DNA of 49,024 nucleotides from an uncultured Muribaculaceae bacterium (GTDB lineage Bacteria; Bacillota_I; Bacilli_A; RF39; UBA660): NCBI GenBank assembly GCA_964546995.1, contig CAZJKO010000003.1:1-49024 (forward strand). Reading direction: 5' to 3'. Positions within the stretch are counted from its first letter, which is position 1. Each line of letters begins with the position of its first letter. This document shows, one piece after another, positions 26,029-34,784 of the stretch. The translations under genes and the position numbers were made by a program. Below the pieces are notes generated by a model that made no database searches, was not told the DNA's origin, and was given only the letters and a program-made list of their open reading frames with translations.

Positions 26029-26055
26029 CATATAGTAAAGTAAGAGGTGAAAAGA

Positions 26056-26367
26056 ATGGATCATACGATTTCGGTGGAAGAGCTCATGAAAAAAATGGGG
26101 TTTGAGTCTCTTGATATTATCGATATTCGAGATCAATATCAATACCAAATGGGGCATATTCCACAAGCTAGAAACGTTCCAATGAATTTTTTACTTACTA
26201 TTCCTGAAAATTATATTGATAAAAATAAGACGTACTATTTGTGTTGTGAATTTGGTTCACGTAGTAAGCGATGTGCCAATGAATTAAATCATTTGGGCTA
26301 TCATGCTGTTAACATCGAAGGTGGATATCAGGAGTATCGTTTAAAGAATCATATTATCGATTCATAG
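26056..26367 (+). CDS. Single-domain rhodanese-like sulfurtransferase
   Basis: The ATG at 26056 lies 8 nt after AAGAGG (the ORF track starts at an upstream GTG, 26047). Active-site loop CCEFGSRSKRC (CxxGxRS) and the typical HIPQARNVP segment are present. Confidence 0.75.
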   Translation: MDHTISVEELMKKMGFESLDIIDIRDQYQYQMGHIPQARNVPMNFLLTIPENYIDKNKTYYLCCEFGSRSKRCANELNHLGYHAVNIEGGYQEYRLKNHIIDS

Positions 26368-26385
26368 GTCTAGAAATTCAAATTC

Positions 26386-26413
26386 TTGACTTTTTTTTGG
26401 GGTTTGATATGAT
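26386..26413 (+). promoter_or_regulatory. Sigma-A type promoter candidate
   Basis: TTGACT (26386-26391), 16-nt spacer, TATGAT (26408-26413) preceded by TGa (extended -10-like). Confidence 0.45.
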
Positions 26414-26467
26414 ACGTGCCAAAAGAAAAGAGGAATACCTATGGATTCTATGATTGATCGTATTTCT

Positions 26468-26533
26468 GAAATTTAAATTTCGGATTCTACTAAATTCCAT
26501 TTAGTAGATACATTTCATGCTTATGAAATGTAT
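26468..26533 (+). other. Three consecutive perfect hairpins downstream of an 11-codon mini-ORF
   Basis: The mini-ORF ATG 26441 MDSMIDRISEI-stop has an AAGAGGAA RBS. The hairpins are GAAATTT/AAATTTC (26468-26481), CTACTAAAT-tcc-ATTTAGTAG (26487-26507) and ATACATTTCAT-gctt-ATGAAATGTAT (26508-26533). Confidence 0.6.
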
Positions 26534-26581
26534 CTATATAAACTTTTACAATTGGATTTAAAATATCGTAAACTATTTTTA

Positions 26582-26795
26582 ATGAATCTTAAAAAGCGTG
26601 AAATTGTCGATAATCAGGAAGCGGAGTTACAAGAGAGTTTTTTGGTCGAGTTATATGGGTTAACGCAAAGAAGTAGTTCTTTCCCAAAATAATGAGGCAT
26701 GGAATCATTGGTTTCATTACAATTTGAATATGATCGATGAGCAGTTGTTTTATACCGAGCGTAATTTAGAAAAATATCAATTGCGATTAAAGTAG
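26582..26795 (+). pseudogene. Small ORF apparently interrupted by a +1 frame change (about 70 aa if joined)
   Basis: Frame A runs 26582-26692: MNLKKREIVDNQEAELQESFLVELYGLTQRSSSFPK-stop. Frame +1 is open at 26664-26795: ...KEVVLSQNNEAWNHWFHYNLNMIDEQLFYTERNLEKYQLRLK-stop, and looks protein-like. The two frames overlap at 26664-26692. Confidence 0.3.
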
Positions 26796-26915
26796 GGACC
26801 TTTACATTGGGTCTTTTTTTCATCTTTTAAATAATTGATAGGGAATTGCTTATAATAAGATTGTATAGTAAAATAGAATTGGTTAGAAAAATAGAAGTTA
26901 GAAAGGTTTGGTTTC

Positions 26916-27497
26916 GTGCGAGAATTCATCGATTTTTCCATAACTTATATTACAGAATGCCTTCAGTATATTGGACCACTGGGAGGAATTTTGTTAGTTC
27001 TTTTGGAATCGATTGTTCCAGCACTTCCCCTTGGTGTTTTTATTACGCTTAATATTCATGCATTTGGTAGCATTCTTGGTTTTTTCTTATCTTGGATTGC
27101 AACTTGCTTTGGTTGTTTTCTATCGTTTTTTCTATTTCGTCATTGTTTTCAAAAAAGATGGAATCGTTTATTGTCACGAAAAAATGGTAGACAGTTAAGA
27201 AAGATGATGGAGCGTTTGAATCATATTTCTTTTTCTAATTTGGTCGTACTAGTTGCTTTGCCATTTACGCCTGCTTTTCTTATCAATATTGCATCGGGTT
27301 TATCGACGATAGAAACTCGTAAATTTATCCATGCGATTTTGTTAGGAAAGTTATCGATTGTGTTTTTTTGGGGCTATATTGGGAAGAGTTTGCTTGAAAG
27401 TGTTACGGATATTAGGACGATTATCCTTGTCAGTATTATTTTGGTTCTTTTTTATTTGGTATCGAAGATTGTTTCTTCAAAATTAAACATTGAATAG
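26916..27497 (+). CDS. TVP38/TMEM64 (DedA superfamily) membrane protein
   Basis: 193 aa with a GTG start. LGGILLVLLESIVPALPLGVFITLNIHAFG, multiple TMs and ...LPFTPAFLINIASGLS fit the VTT/SNARE-associated domain pattern. Confidence 0.65.
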   Translation: MREFIDFSITYITECLQYIGPLGGILLVLLESIVPALPLGVFITLNIHAFGSILGFFLSWIATCFGCFLSFFLFRHCFQKRWNRLLSRKNGRQLRKMMERLNHISFSNLVVLVALPFTPAFLINIASGLSTIETRKFIHAILLGKLSIVFFWGYIGKSLLESVTDIRTIILVSIILVLFYLVSKIVSSKLNIE

Positions 27498-27508
27498 AGG
27501 TTGTTTTT

Positions 27509-28606
27509 ATGGAATATGTTATTATAGGTTTGTTAGTCGTTATTTTGGTTGTGTCGATTCTTTCTTTATTAAAGAATGTGAATGAAAGTAATATTGTGGA
27601 GCGTTTGGGACGATTTGAAGTCAATGTGACGAAAGAGCTTTCTGTTTTTCGGACTGATTTGTCGCGTGATTTAAAGAATGACTTTTCTTCTTTAAATGAG
27701 AATATGGAGAAAAAGTTACTTTTGATTAATGAAAAAGTTAACGAGCGCTTAGATCAAAATTTCGAGAAGACGAACAAGACGTTTATGTCTGTTTTAGAAC
27801 GTCTTAGTAAAATCGATGAAGCCCAAAAGAAGATTGAGACGTTATCTAGTGACATTGTTTCGCTTCAAAGTATTTTGACGGATAAGAAGAGTCGAGGTAT
27901 TTTTGGGGAAGTCAATTTGAAACATATTTTAACTTCTGTGTTTGGGGAAAAGAACGATGCATTGTTTCAGTTACAGTATACTCTTCCGAATGGAACGATT
28001 GCCGATTCGATGTTGTTTGCACCAGATCCTTTGGGAAATATTGCGATCGATTCGAAGTTTCCTTTGGAGAATTATCGTTTGATGGTCGATAAGAACAATT
28101 CTTTACAAGATAGGGAAATGTACGAGAAACAATTTAAGATGGATGTAAAAAAACATATCGATGCGATTAGTAGTAAATACATTTTGCCTGGTGTGACATC
28201 CGATCATGCGATTTTGTTCTTACCAGCGGAAGCGATATTTGCGGAAATCAATGCCTATCACTTGGATCTTTTGGATTATGCTTATAAAAAACAAGTGTGG
28301 ATTACGTCTCCTACGACGTTGATTAGTACACTTACGGTAATTCAGATGATCGTTAAGAACATTGAACGGGATAAATATACGTCGATTATTCATGAGGAAC
28401 TTAATAAATTGGGTGTTGAATTTGCTCGTTATCGAGATCGGTGGGATAAATTATCGCGAAGTATTCAGGCGGTCAACCGCGATATTGAAAATGTCAATGT
28501 GACGACAGAAAAGATTAGTAAAAAATTTGAAAAAATCAACAGAGTGGAATTACAGGATGCTTTCGATGGAGATGATGAAAATGAGAACCTTTATGAAGTG
28601 CGCTAA
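27509..28606 (+). CDS. rmuC: DNA recombination protein RmuC
   Basis: 365 aa with an N-terminal TM and a coiled-coil region. RmuC nuclease-like core: KSRGIFGEVNLKHIL...LPNGTIADSMLF...IAIDSKFPLENY...AILFLPAEAIF. Confidence 0.8.
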   Translation: MEYVIIGLLVVILVVSILSLLKNVNESNIVERLGRFEVNVTKELSVFRTDLSRDLKNDFSSLNENMEKKLLLINEKVNERLDQNFEKTNKTFMSVLERLSKIDEAQKKIETLSSDIVSLQSILTDKKSRGIFGEVNLKHILTSVFGEKNDALFQLQYTLPNGTIADSMLFAPDPLGNIAIDSKFPLENYRLMVDKNNSLQDREMYEKQFKMDVKKHIDAISSKYILPGVTSDHAILFLPAEAIFAEINAYHLDLLDYAYKKQVWITSPTTLISTLTVIQMIVKNIERDKYTSIIHEELNKLGVEFARYRDRWDKLSRSIQAVNRDIENVNVTTEKISKKFEKINRVELQDAFDGDDENENLYEVR

Positions 28607-29192
28607 TATTTTGATTATTTGTGTGATTGTTTCGGTATCTATTTTTGCGTTTTATGATCGTATACAGGATGCTAGTTACGATCGTATTCCGATTGTTCTT
28701 TCGTTTATTCCCATTGTTTTTGCTCCCTGGTTGGTTAAGCATATTTTTCATTATGATATGCCTCTTACCTTACGATTTTTCTATTATGTGTTTGCATTTT
28801 TAGGTCTTACGTTAGGAAGTGTGTTAGGCTATTACAATAAAATCGCTTGGTTTGATCTTTTTGTTCACACGCTATCTGGAATTCTTACTTCCTTTGTTGC
28901 TCTTATCTTTTTAAAGAAAATCGGTCTTATTACGGATCAAAATTTATGGTTTCAAGTACTATTTACGATTTGTTTTTCGATGGCCATTGCTGGCGTTTGG
29001 GAGATTTTCGAATTTAGTTGCGACAAAATTTTAAAAGCCGATGCTCAGAAAGTGATGGAAAGTGGTGTCGACGATACGATGGGAGATATGATCGTTGCTA
29101 CGCTCGGCAGTATTTTCTATAGTGTTTTCTATGTGATTGGTAGTAAAAAGATGAGTAGGAGCGAGAAGCAAAAATGGCTCGATCTTGTTTAA
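28581..29192 (+). CDS. Integral membrane protein (possibly DUF2238/YjdF-like)
   Basis: Multi-TM protein with the motif AGVWEIFEFSCDKIL and DTMGDMIVATLG. The ORF track start at 28527 would overlap rmuC by 80 nt. In-frame ATGs at 28566-28593 are more plausible (28581 chosen, uncertain). Confidence 0.55.
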   Translation: MRTFMKCANILIICVIVSVSIFAFYDRIQDASYDRIPIVLSFIPIVFAPWLVKHIFHYDMPLTLRFFYYVFAFLGLTLGSVLGYYNKIAWFDLFVHTLSGILTSFVALIFLKKIGLITDQNLWFQVLFTICFSMAIAGVWEIFEFSCDKILKADAQKVMESGVDDTMGDMIVATLGSIFYSVFYVIGSKKMSRSEKQKWLDLV

Positions 29193-29228
29193 AAGAGAGA
29201 TTTCTCTTTCTTTTTTTTGTATAAATTT
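29192..29228 (+). terminator. Rho-independent terminator
   Basis: The hairpin aaagaga-gatt-tctcttt is followed by a T8 run immediately after the stop (29190-29192). Confidence 0.55.
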
Positions 29229-29303
29229 GCTTGTTTTAACCATAATATAATTATAATAAAATAGAAATTAAATAATAGACTATTAGTAGGTGGAGTGAAG
29301 ATA

Positions 29304-29528
29304 GTGCTTACGAAATTTTTTTTCTTTTTATTGGGGTTTGGACTGATGGTCATTGGATGTACTTATTTGGTTACTTATTTAAATTTACTTTCATTGGGGT
29401 ATAGTTTGGAAGAATATTTTTCTTTTGTTATTACGAGAGTAGAGTGTTTGTTTTCCCTTGTAGGGTTTCTTATTTTAACGATTACTATTTTTTGGAAGGG
29501 TGGCTTAAAACATGATTTACATTTATGA
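29304..29528 (+). CDS. Small two-TM membrane protein
   Basis: The GTG at 29304 lies 8 nt after AGGTGGAG (the ORF track start GTG 29295 abuts the RBS). There are two hydrophobic helices. It overlaps the next gene by 17 nt. Confidence 0.4.
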   Translation: MLTKFFFFLLGFGLMVIGCTYLVTYLNLLSLGYSLEEYFSFVITRVECLFSLVGFLILTITIFWKGGLKHDLHL

Positions 29529-30168
29529 TGTTTTACTTAATTTTACCGATACCGATAAAGTGTATGAATTTTTTGAATGGGATACCAATGATACGATTGA
29601 ACATATTAAAAAGATTCCCCTTTATCGGGTTTCTTCTTCGATGTTTCGCGATCTTTTCGATCATCGCATTCAGGTTGTAAAGGACTTTCTTTTGGAAATT
29701 GCGAATGAATGTGAAGTGTTTCGGGAACGCCAATTAGAAACGATTCCTTATGCTTCGTTATTTACCGATGGAAAAAGAGCTATGGCGGTAGAATTCGATA
29801 AAGAGGGAAATAGTATTTTTAGAAGTCATCTTCTTTTGGATGAGGAGGAAGAAATTTTAGATATTGCATTGAGACTCGATGAAGTTACGATATCTTATCA
29901 ATTGGGAAAAAAGAATCGTTGGGGGCTTTTTTTTACGCGAAGTGAAGAGATGATTAAAAAGTATTTGATTAAAGAGATCAAGAGTACTTATCAAAAGAAA
30001 GAGGAGAAAAAGCTTTTGTTTTTATATCATGAATTTTTTAATGATAAAGAGACAGATATGGAGAAAATGTATAAGAAACTTACTTCTTCTTGTGATGATT
30101 ATTTGACCGATTCTCATCGAAAACTCTATCAATTATTAAAATTGACTCATAAAAAGAAACAAGTATGA
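29512..30168 (+). CDS. Conserved cytoplasmic protein, possibly YqhG/DUF3603-like
   Basis: 218 aa. The N-terminus IYDVLLNFTDTDKVYEFFEWDTNDTIEHIKKIPLYRVSSSMF matches my recollection of the DUF3603 N-terminal pattern (..DVWVNW...HFHEW...VELLDQVPLLRV). The family call is from memory only. Confidence 0.4.
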   Translation: MIYIYDVLLNFTDTDKVYEFFEWDTNDTIEHIKKIPLYRVSSSMFRDLFDHRIQVVKDFLLEIANECEVFRERQLETIPYASLFTDGKRAMAVEFDKEGNSIFRSHLLLDEEEEILDIALRLDEVTISYQLGKKNRWGLFFTRSEEMIKKYLIKEIKSTYQKKEEKKLLFLYHEFFNDKETDMEKMYKKLTSSCDDYLTDSHRKLYQLLKLTHKKKQV

Positions 30169-30239
30169 TTTCTATGATCATGATTGTTTCTTTGATAAAG
30201 CACACAATATATAATATAAAGAAATATATACATAATTAA

Positions 30240-30269
30240 TTGACAATTATTATATTTATGTGGTATAAT
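30240..30269 (+). promoter_or_regulatory. Consensus sigma-A promoter of the dinJ-yafQ operon
   Basis: TTGACA (30240-30245), 18-nt spacer, TGgTATAAT (TATAAT at 30264-30269). RBS AAGGAG precedes the ATG at 30293. Confidence 0.65.
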
Positions 30270-30292
30270 TTGTCTGTAACAAAGGAGTTGAA

Positions 30293-30589
30293 ATGAAAAT
30301 GGCTAATCCTAATATGACAACAGCTATAAATGTAAATGTTCCTACTGAAGTAAAAGAGGAAGCTACTAGTTTATTTAATAGTTTAGGTCTTAATATGAGT
30401 ACAGCAATAAATATGTTTTTAAAAAGAGCAATTTATGAAAGAGGGATCCCTTTTGAAGTAAAAAAACAGCCGTCTAAAGAATTAGCTGAGGCTTTAAAAG
30501 AATTGGATTATATGGAGAGACACCCTGAAGAATATAAAAGTTTCCATAGTGTTAAAGAGTTAATGAAGGACTTAAATAGTGATGATTAA
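30293..30589 (+). CDS. dinJ: RelB/DinJ family type II antitoxin
   Basis: 98 aa. INVNVPTEVKEEATSLFNSLGLNMSTAINMFLKRAIYERGIPFEV is the classic DinJ ribbon-helix-helix pattern. It overlaps the toxin gene by 8 nt. Confidence 0.85.
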   Translation: MKMANPNMTTAINVNVPTEVKEEATSLFNSLGLNMSTAINMFLKRAIYERGIPFEVKKQPSKELAEALKELDYMERHPEEYKSFHSVKELMKDLNSDD

Positions 30590-30872
30590 GTATAGCATCA
30601 AAAGAAGTAATCATTTTAAAAAACAGTATAAAAAGATTTTAAAACAAGGTAAAGATATTTCCAAAATGGAAACAGTCATTGAAATGCTTGCAAGTGGAGA
30701 GTCATTAGATAAAAAATATAAAGATCATCATTTAAGTGATAATAAATACTATAGAGGGTGTAGGGAGTGCCATATAGAATCAGATTGGTTATTAGTTTAT
30801 AAAATCGTAAATGATGAATTAATCCTATATTTAATTGAGACTGGTTCACATGCTGATTTATTTAATATATAG
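30582..30872 (+). CDS. yafQ: YafQ family type II toxin (RelE superfamily mRNA interferase)
   Basis: About 96 aa. FKKQYKKILKQGKDISKMETVIEMLASGESLDKKYKDHHLSDNKYYRGCRECHIESDWLLVYKIVNDELILYLIETGSHADLF matches the YafQ pattern (DH.L.G.....RECHI.PDWLLIY....). Confidence 0.85.
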   Translation: MIKYSIKRSNHFKKQYKKILKQGKDISKMETVIEMLASGESLDKKYKDHHLSDNKYYRGCRECHIESDWLLVYKIVNDELILYLIETGSHADLFNI

Positions 30873-31018
30873 TAGTTTATTCATTTATATTAACATAATT
30901 GAGTTGGTTAAAGAGTGTTTTGATGCTCTTTTTTGTTTGTTTTAGAAACTTTATCGTTATTTACTAAATATGGGATACGTGATATAATGAATAAGAATCG
31001 TAGTAGGGAAGGAGGAAA

Positions 31019-32242
31019 ATGATGGCGGTTAAACGTAGGATGAAGAGAAAAGCAAAATATACGTTTCTTTCGATTGTTAGTTTATTTGTTTTAACGATTT
31101 TGGTTCTTTATGTGAAAGATCAGAATTCGCTACGTTTAAAGGGAAGTAGGACGGTTACTTTAAATTTGTTAGAAGAGTATATTGAAGATGGTGTTCTTTA
31201 TAAGGATCAAGATGTTACGAAAGAGGTAACGATCGATAGTAATGTCGATCTTGAAAAAGTGGGAAATTACCAGATTGTTTATACTTATCAGACAAGTAAG
31301 GGACACAAGATGAAGATTGTTAGGAGGATTATCGTTAAGGATCTTACGCTTCCTACTATTACTTTGATCGGTGGTAATGAGATTATGGTGGTCAAGGGAG
31401 AAGCATTTAACGATCCAGGATACGAAGCGAAGGATAATCTCGATGGGGATCTTCACGATCAAGTGAAGGTAAGTGGAAGTGTCGATACTTCGAAAGAAGG
31501 AGATTACGAACTTGTCTATTCTGTATCCGATAAGAGTGGGAACAAAGCTAAGAAGACGAGAAAAGTGACGGTTACGACGAAGAATCCTTTGACGATGAGT
31601 GTGGAAGAGTTTTCGTTAGAAGGAATGTTTACTGATACGATTTTGCCTTCTAAGAAAGCAAGTAGTGACTACATGGATAAAATCATTTATACGGGGGACT
31701 CCATTGTTCTTTATTACGATATTAATAAGTTGGTTCCGAGTAAGAGGCTTTGGTATAAGAATGGAATAGATCCTAAAACGGCTAGGTCTGATACGGTTTA
31801 TCATTTGTATAAAGATACAAAGAAGACACTGGTTGACATGTACGAAGAAAATCAACCTGAGATATCGATCATTACCCTTGGATCCAATAGTGTTGCTTAT
31901 ATGGATATCGACGTGTTTATCGAAAACTACAAGGCTCTTTTAACCGATATTGTGAAAGCAAGTCCTAAGACGAAGTTAATCGTTCAGTCGATTCCTCCCG
32001 TTGACAAGAAAAAAGATTTGGATCATAGTCCTTTAAATAATGATAAGATCAATAAGTTTAATTATCATATCGTAAAGATGTGTCAGGAACTTGGACTTAA
32101 GTTTTTGAACTCTGCCGATGCGATGAAAGATAAAAATGGTTATGCCAAAGAAGGTTACTGTATTGAGAAAGATGGAATTCACCCAAGTAAACTTGGGCAT
32201 ACTGCAATCTATGACTATACAGAAAACCATGCATTTGAATAG
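31019..32242 (+). CDS. Membrane-anchored protein with a DUF5011 Ig-like domain and a SGNH/GDSL-type hydrolase domain
   Basis: 407 aa with an N-terminal TM. LPTITLIGGNEIMVVKGEAFNDPGYEAKDNLDGDLHDQVKVSGSVDTSKEGDYELVYSVSDKSGNKAKKTRKVTV is DUF5011-like. The C-terminus has GDSIV, ITLGSNS and DGIHPS blocks, typical of SGNH hydrolases. Confidence 0.75.
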   Translation: MMAVKRRMKRKAKYTFLSIVSLFVLTILVLYVKDQNSLRLKGSRTVTLNLLEEYIEDGVLYKDQDVTKEVTIDSNVDLEKVGNYQIVYTYQTSKGHKMKIVRRIIVKDLTLPTITLIGGNEIMVVKGEAFNDPGYEAKDNLDGDLHDQVKVSGSVDTSKEGDYELVYSVSDKSGNKAKKTRKVTVTTKNPLTMSVEEFSLEGMFTDTILPSKKASSDYMDKIIYTGDSIVLYYDINKLVPSKRLWYKNGIDPKTARSDTVYHLYKDTKKTLVDMYEENQPEISIITLGSNSVAYMDIDVFIENYKALLTDIVKASPKTKLIVQSIPPVDKKKDLDHSPLNNDKINKFNYHIVKMCQELGLKFLNSADAMKDKNGYAKEGYCIEKDGIHPSKLGHTAIYDYTENHAFE

Positions 32243-32255
32243 GAGATGAAATGTG

Positions 32256-32702
32256 ATGAAAAAGTTTATACTAATAGTAGGAATGGTTTTATTTACAATG
32301 GGATGTTCTAAAGAAGAAGTTCTTACTATCGATATGGATCAAGCTGTAGCAAGGCTCGATTCTTATGAAGAATTTGCTAGTTGCAAAAAAGCAAGCGAAG
32401 AGGATTTAAAGAATATTTATGATTTTGATGTTTCGTTATTGGAGGAATATCAAATTATGATGCCACAACTTGCCAATAAAGCGAATATGTACATGATTTT
32501 GAAAGTAAAGAAAGAAAATCAAGAGGAAGTAAGAAATATGCTCAATAATTTTACGGAAAAGTATATTGAACAATTTAAACTCTATGCTCCGAGTGAAGCA
32601 GATCTTATCAATAACAAAGTGATTTCTATTAAGGGGGATTACATTCTATACGTTGTATCTAATGATAATAGTAAGACTTTAAAAGAGATTATGAACAAAT
32701 AG
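32256..32702 (+). CDS. Lipoprotein (DUF4358-like)
   Basis: The ATG at 32256 follows AGGAGA. The lipobox is LFTMG/C. The ~148-aa size and composition resemble DUF4358 lipoproteins (low-certainty family call). Confidence 0.5.
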   Translation: MKKFILIVGMVLFTMGCSKEEVLTIDMDQAVARLDSYEEFASCKKASEEDLKNIYDFDVSLLEEYQIMMPQLANKANMYMILKVKKENQEEVRNMLNNFTEKYIEQFKLYAPSEADLINNKVISIKGDYILYVVSNDNSKTLKEIMNK

Positions 32703-32727
32703 ATACCATTTGATTGGTATTTTTTTG
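32703..32727 (+). terminator. Rho-independent terminator
   Basis: ATACCA-tttgat-TGGTAT is followed by T7, directly after the stop at 32702. Confidence 0.65.
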
Positions 32728-32783
32728 TTGAATTTTTCGTCGTTTTTTGATATATTGGTTTTCCAATATTTGAGGTGACTAAA

Positions 32784-32972
32784 ATGAAATTAGAGTTCTG
32801 TAAGCAACTTTTGTATTTGTTTGAAGAAAAAGATGTTAAGAAAATGTTATCGCATCTCTATGTCGAAGAAGGGATTCAAGTTCTTTCTTCTCTTCCTTCT
32901 TCCGTGATGGAAATCGATAGTAAAAAAGTATTATCTTACGTAAAGAAGAAAGATTTTACCTCTTCTTTCTAG
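32784..32972 (+). CDS. Small hypothetical protein
   Basis: 62 aa from the ATG at 32784 (RBS GAGGTGA). No recognisable motif. Confidence 0.35.
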   Translation: MKLEFCKQLLYLFEEKDVKKMLSHLYVEEGIQVLSSLPSSVMEIDSKKVLSYVKKKDFTSSF

Positions 32973-33047
32973 AGAATCGTTTTTAACTACTATTCTTTTT
33001 CTTTGTTTTTTGATATAATCACTACTAGACAGAAAGGCGGTATTCAT

Positions 33048-34664
33048 ATGATACAGACGAACCATGTGACATTAAAATTTGGGAAGAGAACGTTGTTTGA
33101 AGATGTCAATTTGAAATTTACAGCAGGAAACTGTTATGGAATCATTGGTGCTAATGGAAGTGGTAAAAGTACGTTTTTGAAGCTTCTATCTAATCAAATT
33201 GAGACAACTTCAGGAGAGATCGTCGTGACTAAGGGTGAGCGAATTGCTATTTTAAAGCAAGATCACTACGAATACGATGATACGAGAGTTATCGATACGG
33301 TTATTATGGGGAATACGAGACTTCATCAAATTATGATGGAAAAAGAAGAACTTTATCGTAAGACTGATTTTAGTGATGAAGATGGCATTCGGCTCGGCAA
33401 TTTGGAAGCTGAATTTATGGAGATGGATGGTTGGAATGCAGAAAGTGATGCTGGAGAACTTTTGAATCATTTGGGAATCGATTCTTCTTGTCACTATCTT
33501 TTGATGAGAGAGATTCCTGTTAAAGATCGTGTTAAGGTTTTGCTTGCCCAGGCTCTATTTGGAAGTCCTGATATTCTTTTACTCGATGAACCTACGAACA
33601 ACTTGGATATCGATGCGATCAATTGGTTGGAAGAGTTTTTGATTGGGTTTCCCAATACGGTTATTGTGGTATCTCACGATCGGCACTTTTTAAATAAAGT
33701 TTGTACTCATATTGTCGATATCGATTATGGTAAGATGAAACTTTATATTGGGAATTATGATTTCTGGTACGAGTCGAGTCAACTTGCTCTAAAACAAATG
33801 AAGGAAGCCAACAAAAAGAAAGAAGAGAAGATTAAGGAACTTCAAGCATTTATTGCCAGATTCTCCGCTAATGCTTCTAAATCAAAACAAGCTACGTCAC
33901 GAAAGAAGATGTTAGAGAAAATTGAGCTCGATGAGATCGTTCCGTCATCGAGAAAGTATCCGTTTATCGATTTTAAGATTGAGCGACCACAAGGAAAAGA
34001 AATTTTGACGGTTAAAAACTTGAGCAAGACTGTCGACGGTAGAAAAGTGCTCGATAAAGTATCTTTTCAAGTATTAAAAGGCGATAAAATTGCTTTTGTG
34101 GGAAGTGACGATATTGCGAAAACGACCCTTTTTAAGATTTTAATGGGAGAAGAGAAGTTCGATGGTGGAGAAGTGATTTGGGGAAAGACGATTCACCCTT
34201 CTTATGTTCCACAGGATAATAGTGAATATTTTCAACAAGATGAGACGATTATGGAGTGGATGGCGCATTATTATAACGTCGATGATGAGACAGTGTTACG
34301 TGGTTTTTTAGGAAGAATGTTGTTTTCTAATGACGATGTATTTAAAAAAGTACCTGTCTTGTCTGGTGGAGAAAAAGCTAGATGTATGCTTAGTAAAGCG
34401 ATGCTTGAGAGTCCTAATTTCTTAATTTTAGATGAACCGACGAACCATTTGGATCTTGAAAGTATTACCTCTTTAAACAACGGTATGGGAAGATTCGATG
34501 GGGAAATACTATTTACGACACACGATCATGAAATGAACCAGACGATTGCCAACCGTATTATTGAAATTTTGCCACATGGTGTGATCGATCGAAGAATGAG
34601 TTACGATGATTATGTTTTAGATAAAGATGTGAAGAAAATAAAAGAAGAGAGTCTAGCTAAGTAG
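33048..34664 (+). CDS. ABC-F family ATPase, YbiT/YkpA-like (no TM domains)
   Basis: 538 aa from the ATG at 33048 (RBS AAAGGCGG, extended -10 TGaTATAAT at 33011-33019). It has two NBDs: GANGSGKST ... VKVLLAQALFGSPDILLLDEPTNNLD (YbiT-type signature) and LSGGEKARCMLSKAML ... LILDEPTNHLD. A Lys-rich linker KKKEEKIKELQAFIARF lies between them. Confidence 0.85.
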   Translation: MIQTNHVTLKFGKRTLFEDVNLKFTAGNCYGIIGANGSGKSTFLKLLSNQIETTSGEIVVTKGERIAILKQDHYEYDDTRVIDTVIMGNTRLHQIMMEKEELYRKTDFSDEDGIRLGNLEAEFMEMDGWNAESDAGELLNHLGIDSSCHYLLMREIPVKDRVKVLLAQALFGSPDILLLDEPTNNLDIDAINWLEEFLIGFPNTVIVVSHDRHFLNKVCTHIVDIDYGKMKLYIGNYDFWYESSQLALKQMKEANKKKEEKIKELQAFIARFSANASKSKQATSRKKMLEKIELDEIVPSSRKYPFIDFKIERPQGKEILTVKNLSKTVDGRKVLDKVSFQVLKGDKIAFVGSDDIAKTTLFKILMGEEKFDGGEVIWGKTIHPSYVPQDNSEYFQQDETIMEWMAHYYNVDDETVLRGFLGRMLFSNDDVFKKVPVLSGGEKARCMLSKAMLESPNFLILDEPTNHLDLESITSLNNGMGRFDGEILFTTHDHEMNQTIANRIIEILPHGVIDRRMSYDDYVLDKDVKKIKEESLAK

Positions 34665-34684
34665 ATTCTCTTTGCTTTTTATTA

Positions 34685-34713
34685 TTGACATTGTTTTTAT
34701 TTCCTTCTATAAT
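34685..34713 (+). promoter_or_regulatory. Consensus sigma-A promoter of the Panacea antitoxin operon
   Basis: TTGACA (34685-34690), 17-nt spacer, TATAAT (34708-34713). RBS GGGAGG is at 34770-34775. Confidence 0.65.
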
Positions 34714-34784
34714 ATAGTGCAAATATCTTGAAAAGTTCTTAAAAAAAAGTTATGCTATAGATAGATGATGGGAGGTTGGTCCTT

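Noticed and set aside
1-26030. Annotating the whole array as an integrative conjugative element (mobile_element feature)
   Set aside because: No relaxase, integrase/recombinase, replication gene, tRNA target or flanking direct repeats are visible in the window. The left end is cut off. Mobility is a hypothesis, not something the sequence in view shows.
25667-26035. 122-aa alternative-frame + strand ORF over the virD4 3' end
   Set aside because: It arises from the purine-rich (GAA/AAG) low-complexity tail of virD4. The product is a Lys/Arg/Leu repeat with no start context, and it runs through the terminator hairpin.
26614-26823. 69-aa minus-strand ORF in the gap after the rhodanese gene
   Set aside because: The + strand shows a promoter, RBS, hairpins and protein-like reading frames. 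The minus-strand product has no RBS or motif.
28527-28580. N-terminal extension of the membrane-protein ORF overlapping rmuC by 80 nt
   Set aside because: It is probably an artefact of taking the longest ORF. Several in-frame ATGs (28566-28593) lie just before the first TM helix, so the true start is likely there.
34090-34130. Apparently degenerate motifs in the ABC-F ATPase (first signature VKVLLAQAL, second Walker A GSDDIAKT) as a sign of pseudogenisation
   Set aside because: As far as I recall, the first-domain signature matches the YbiT-family variant (…RVLLAQALF…LLLDEPTNNLD). The ORF is intact and full-length. This is probably family-typical rather than decay.
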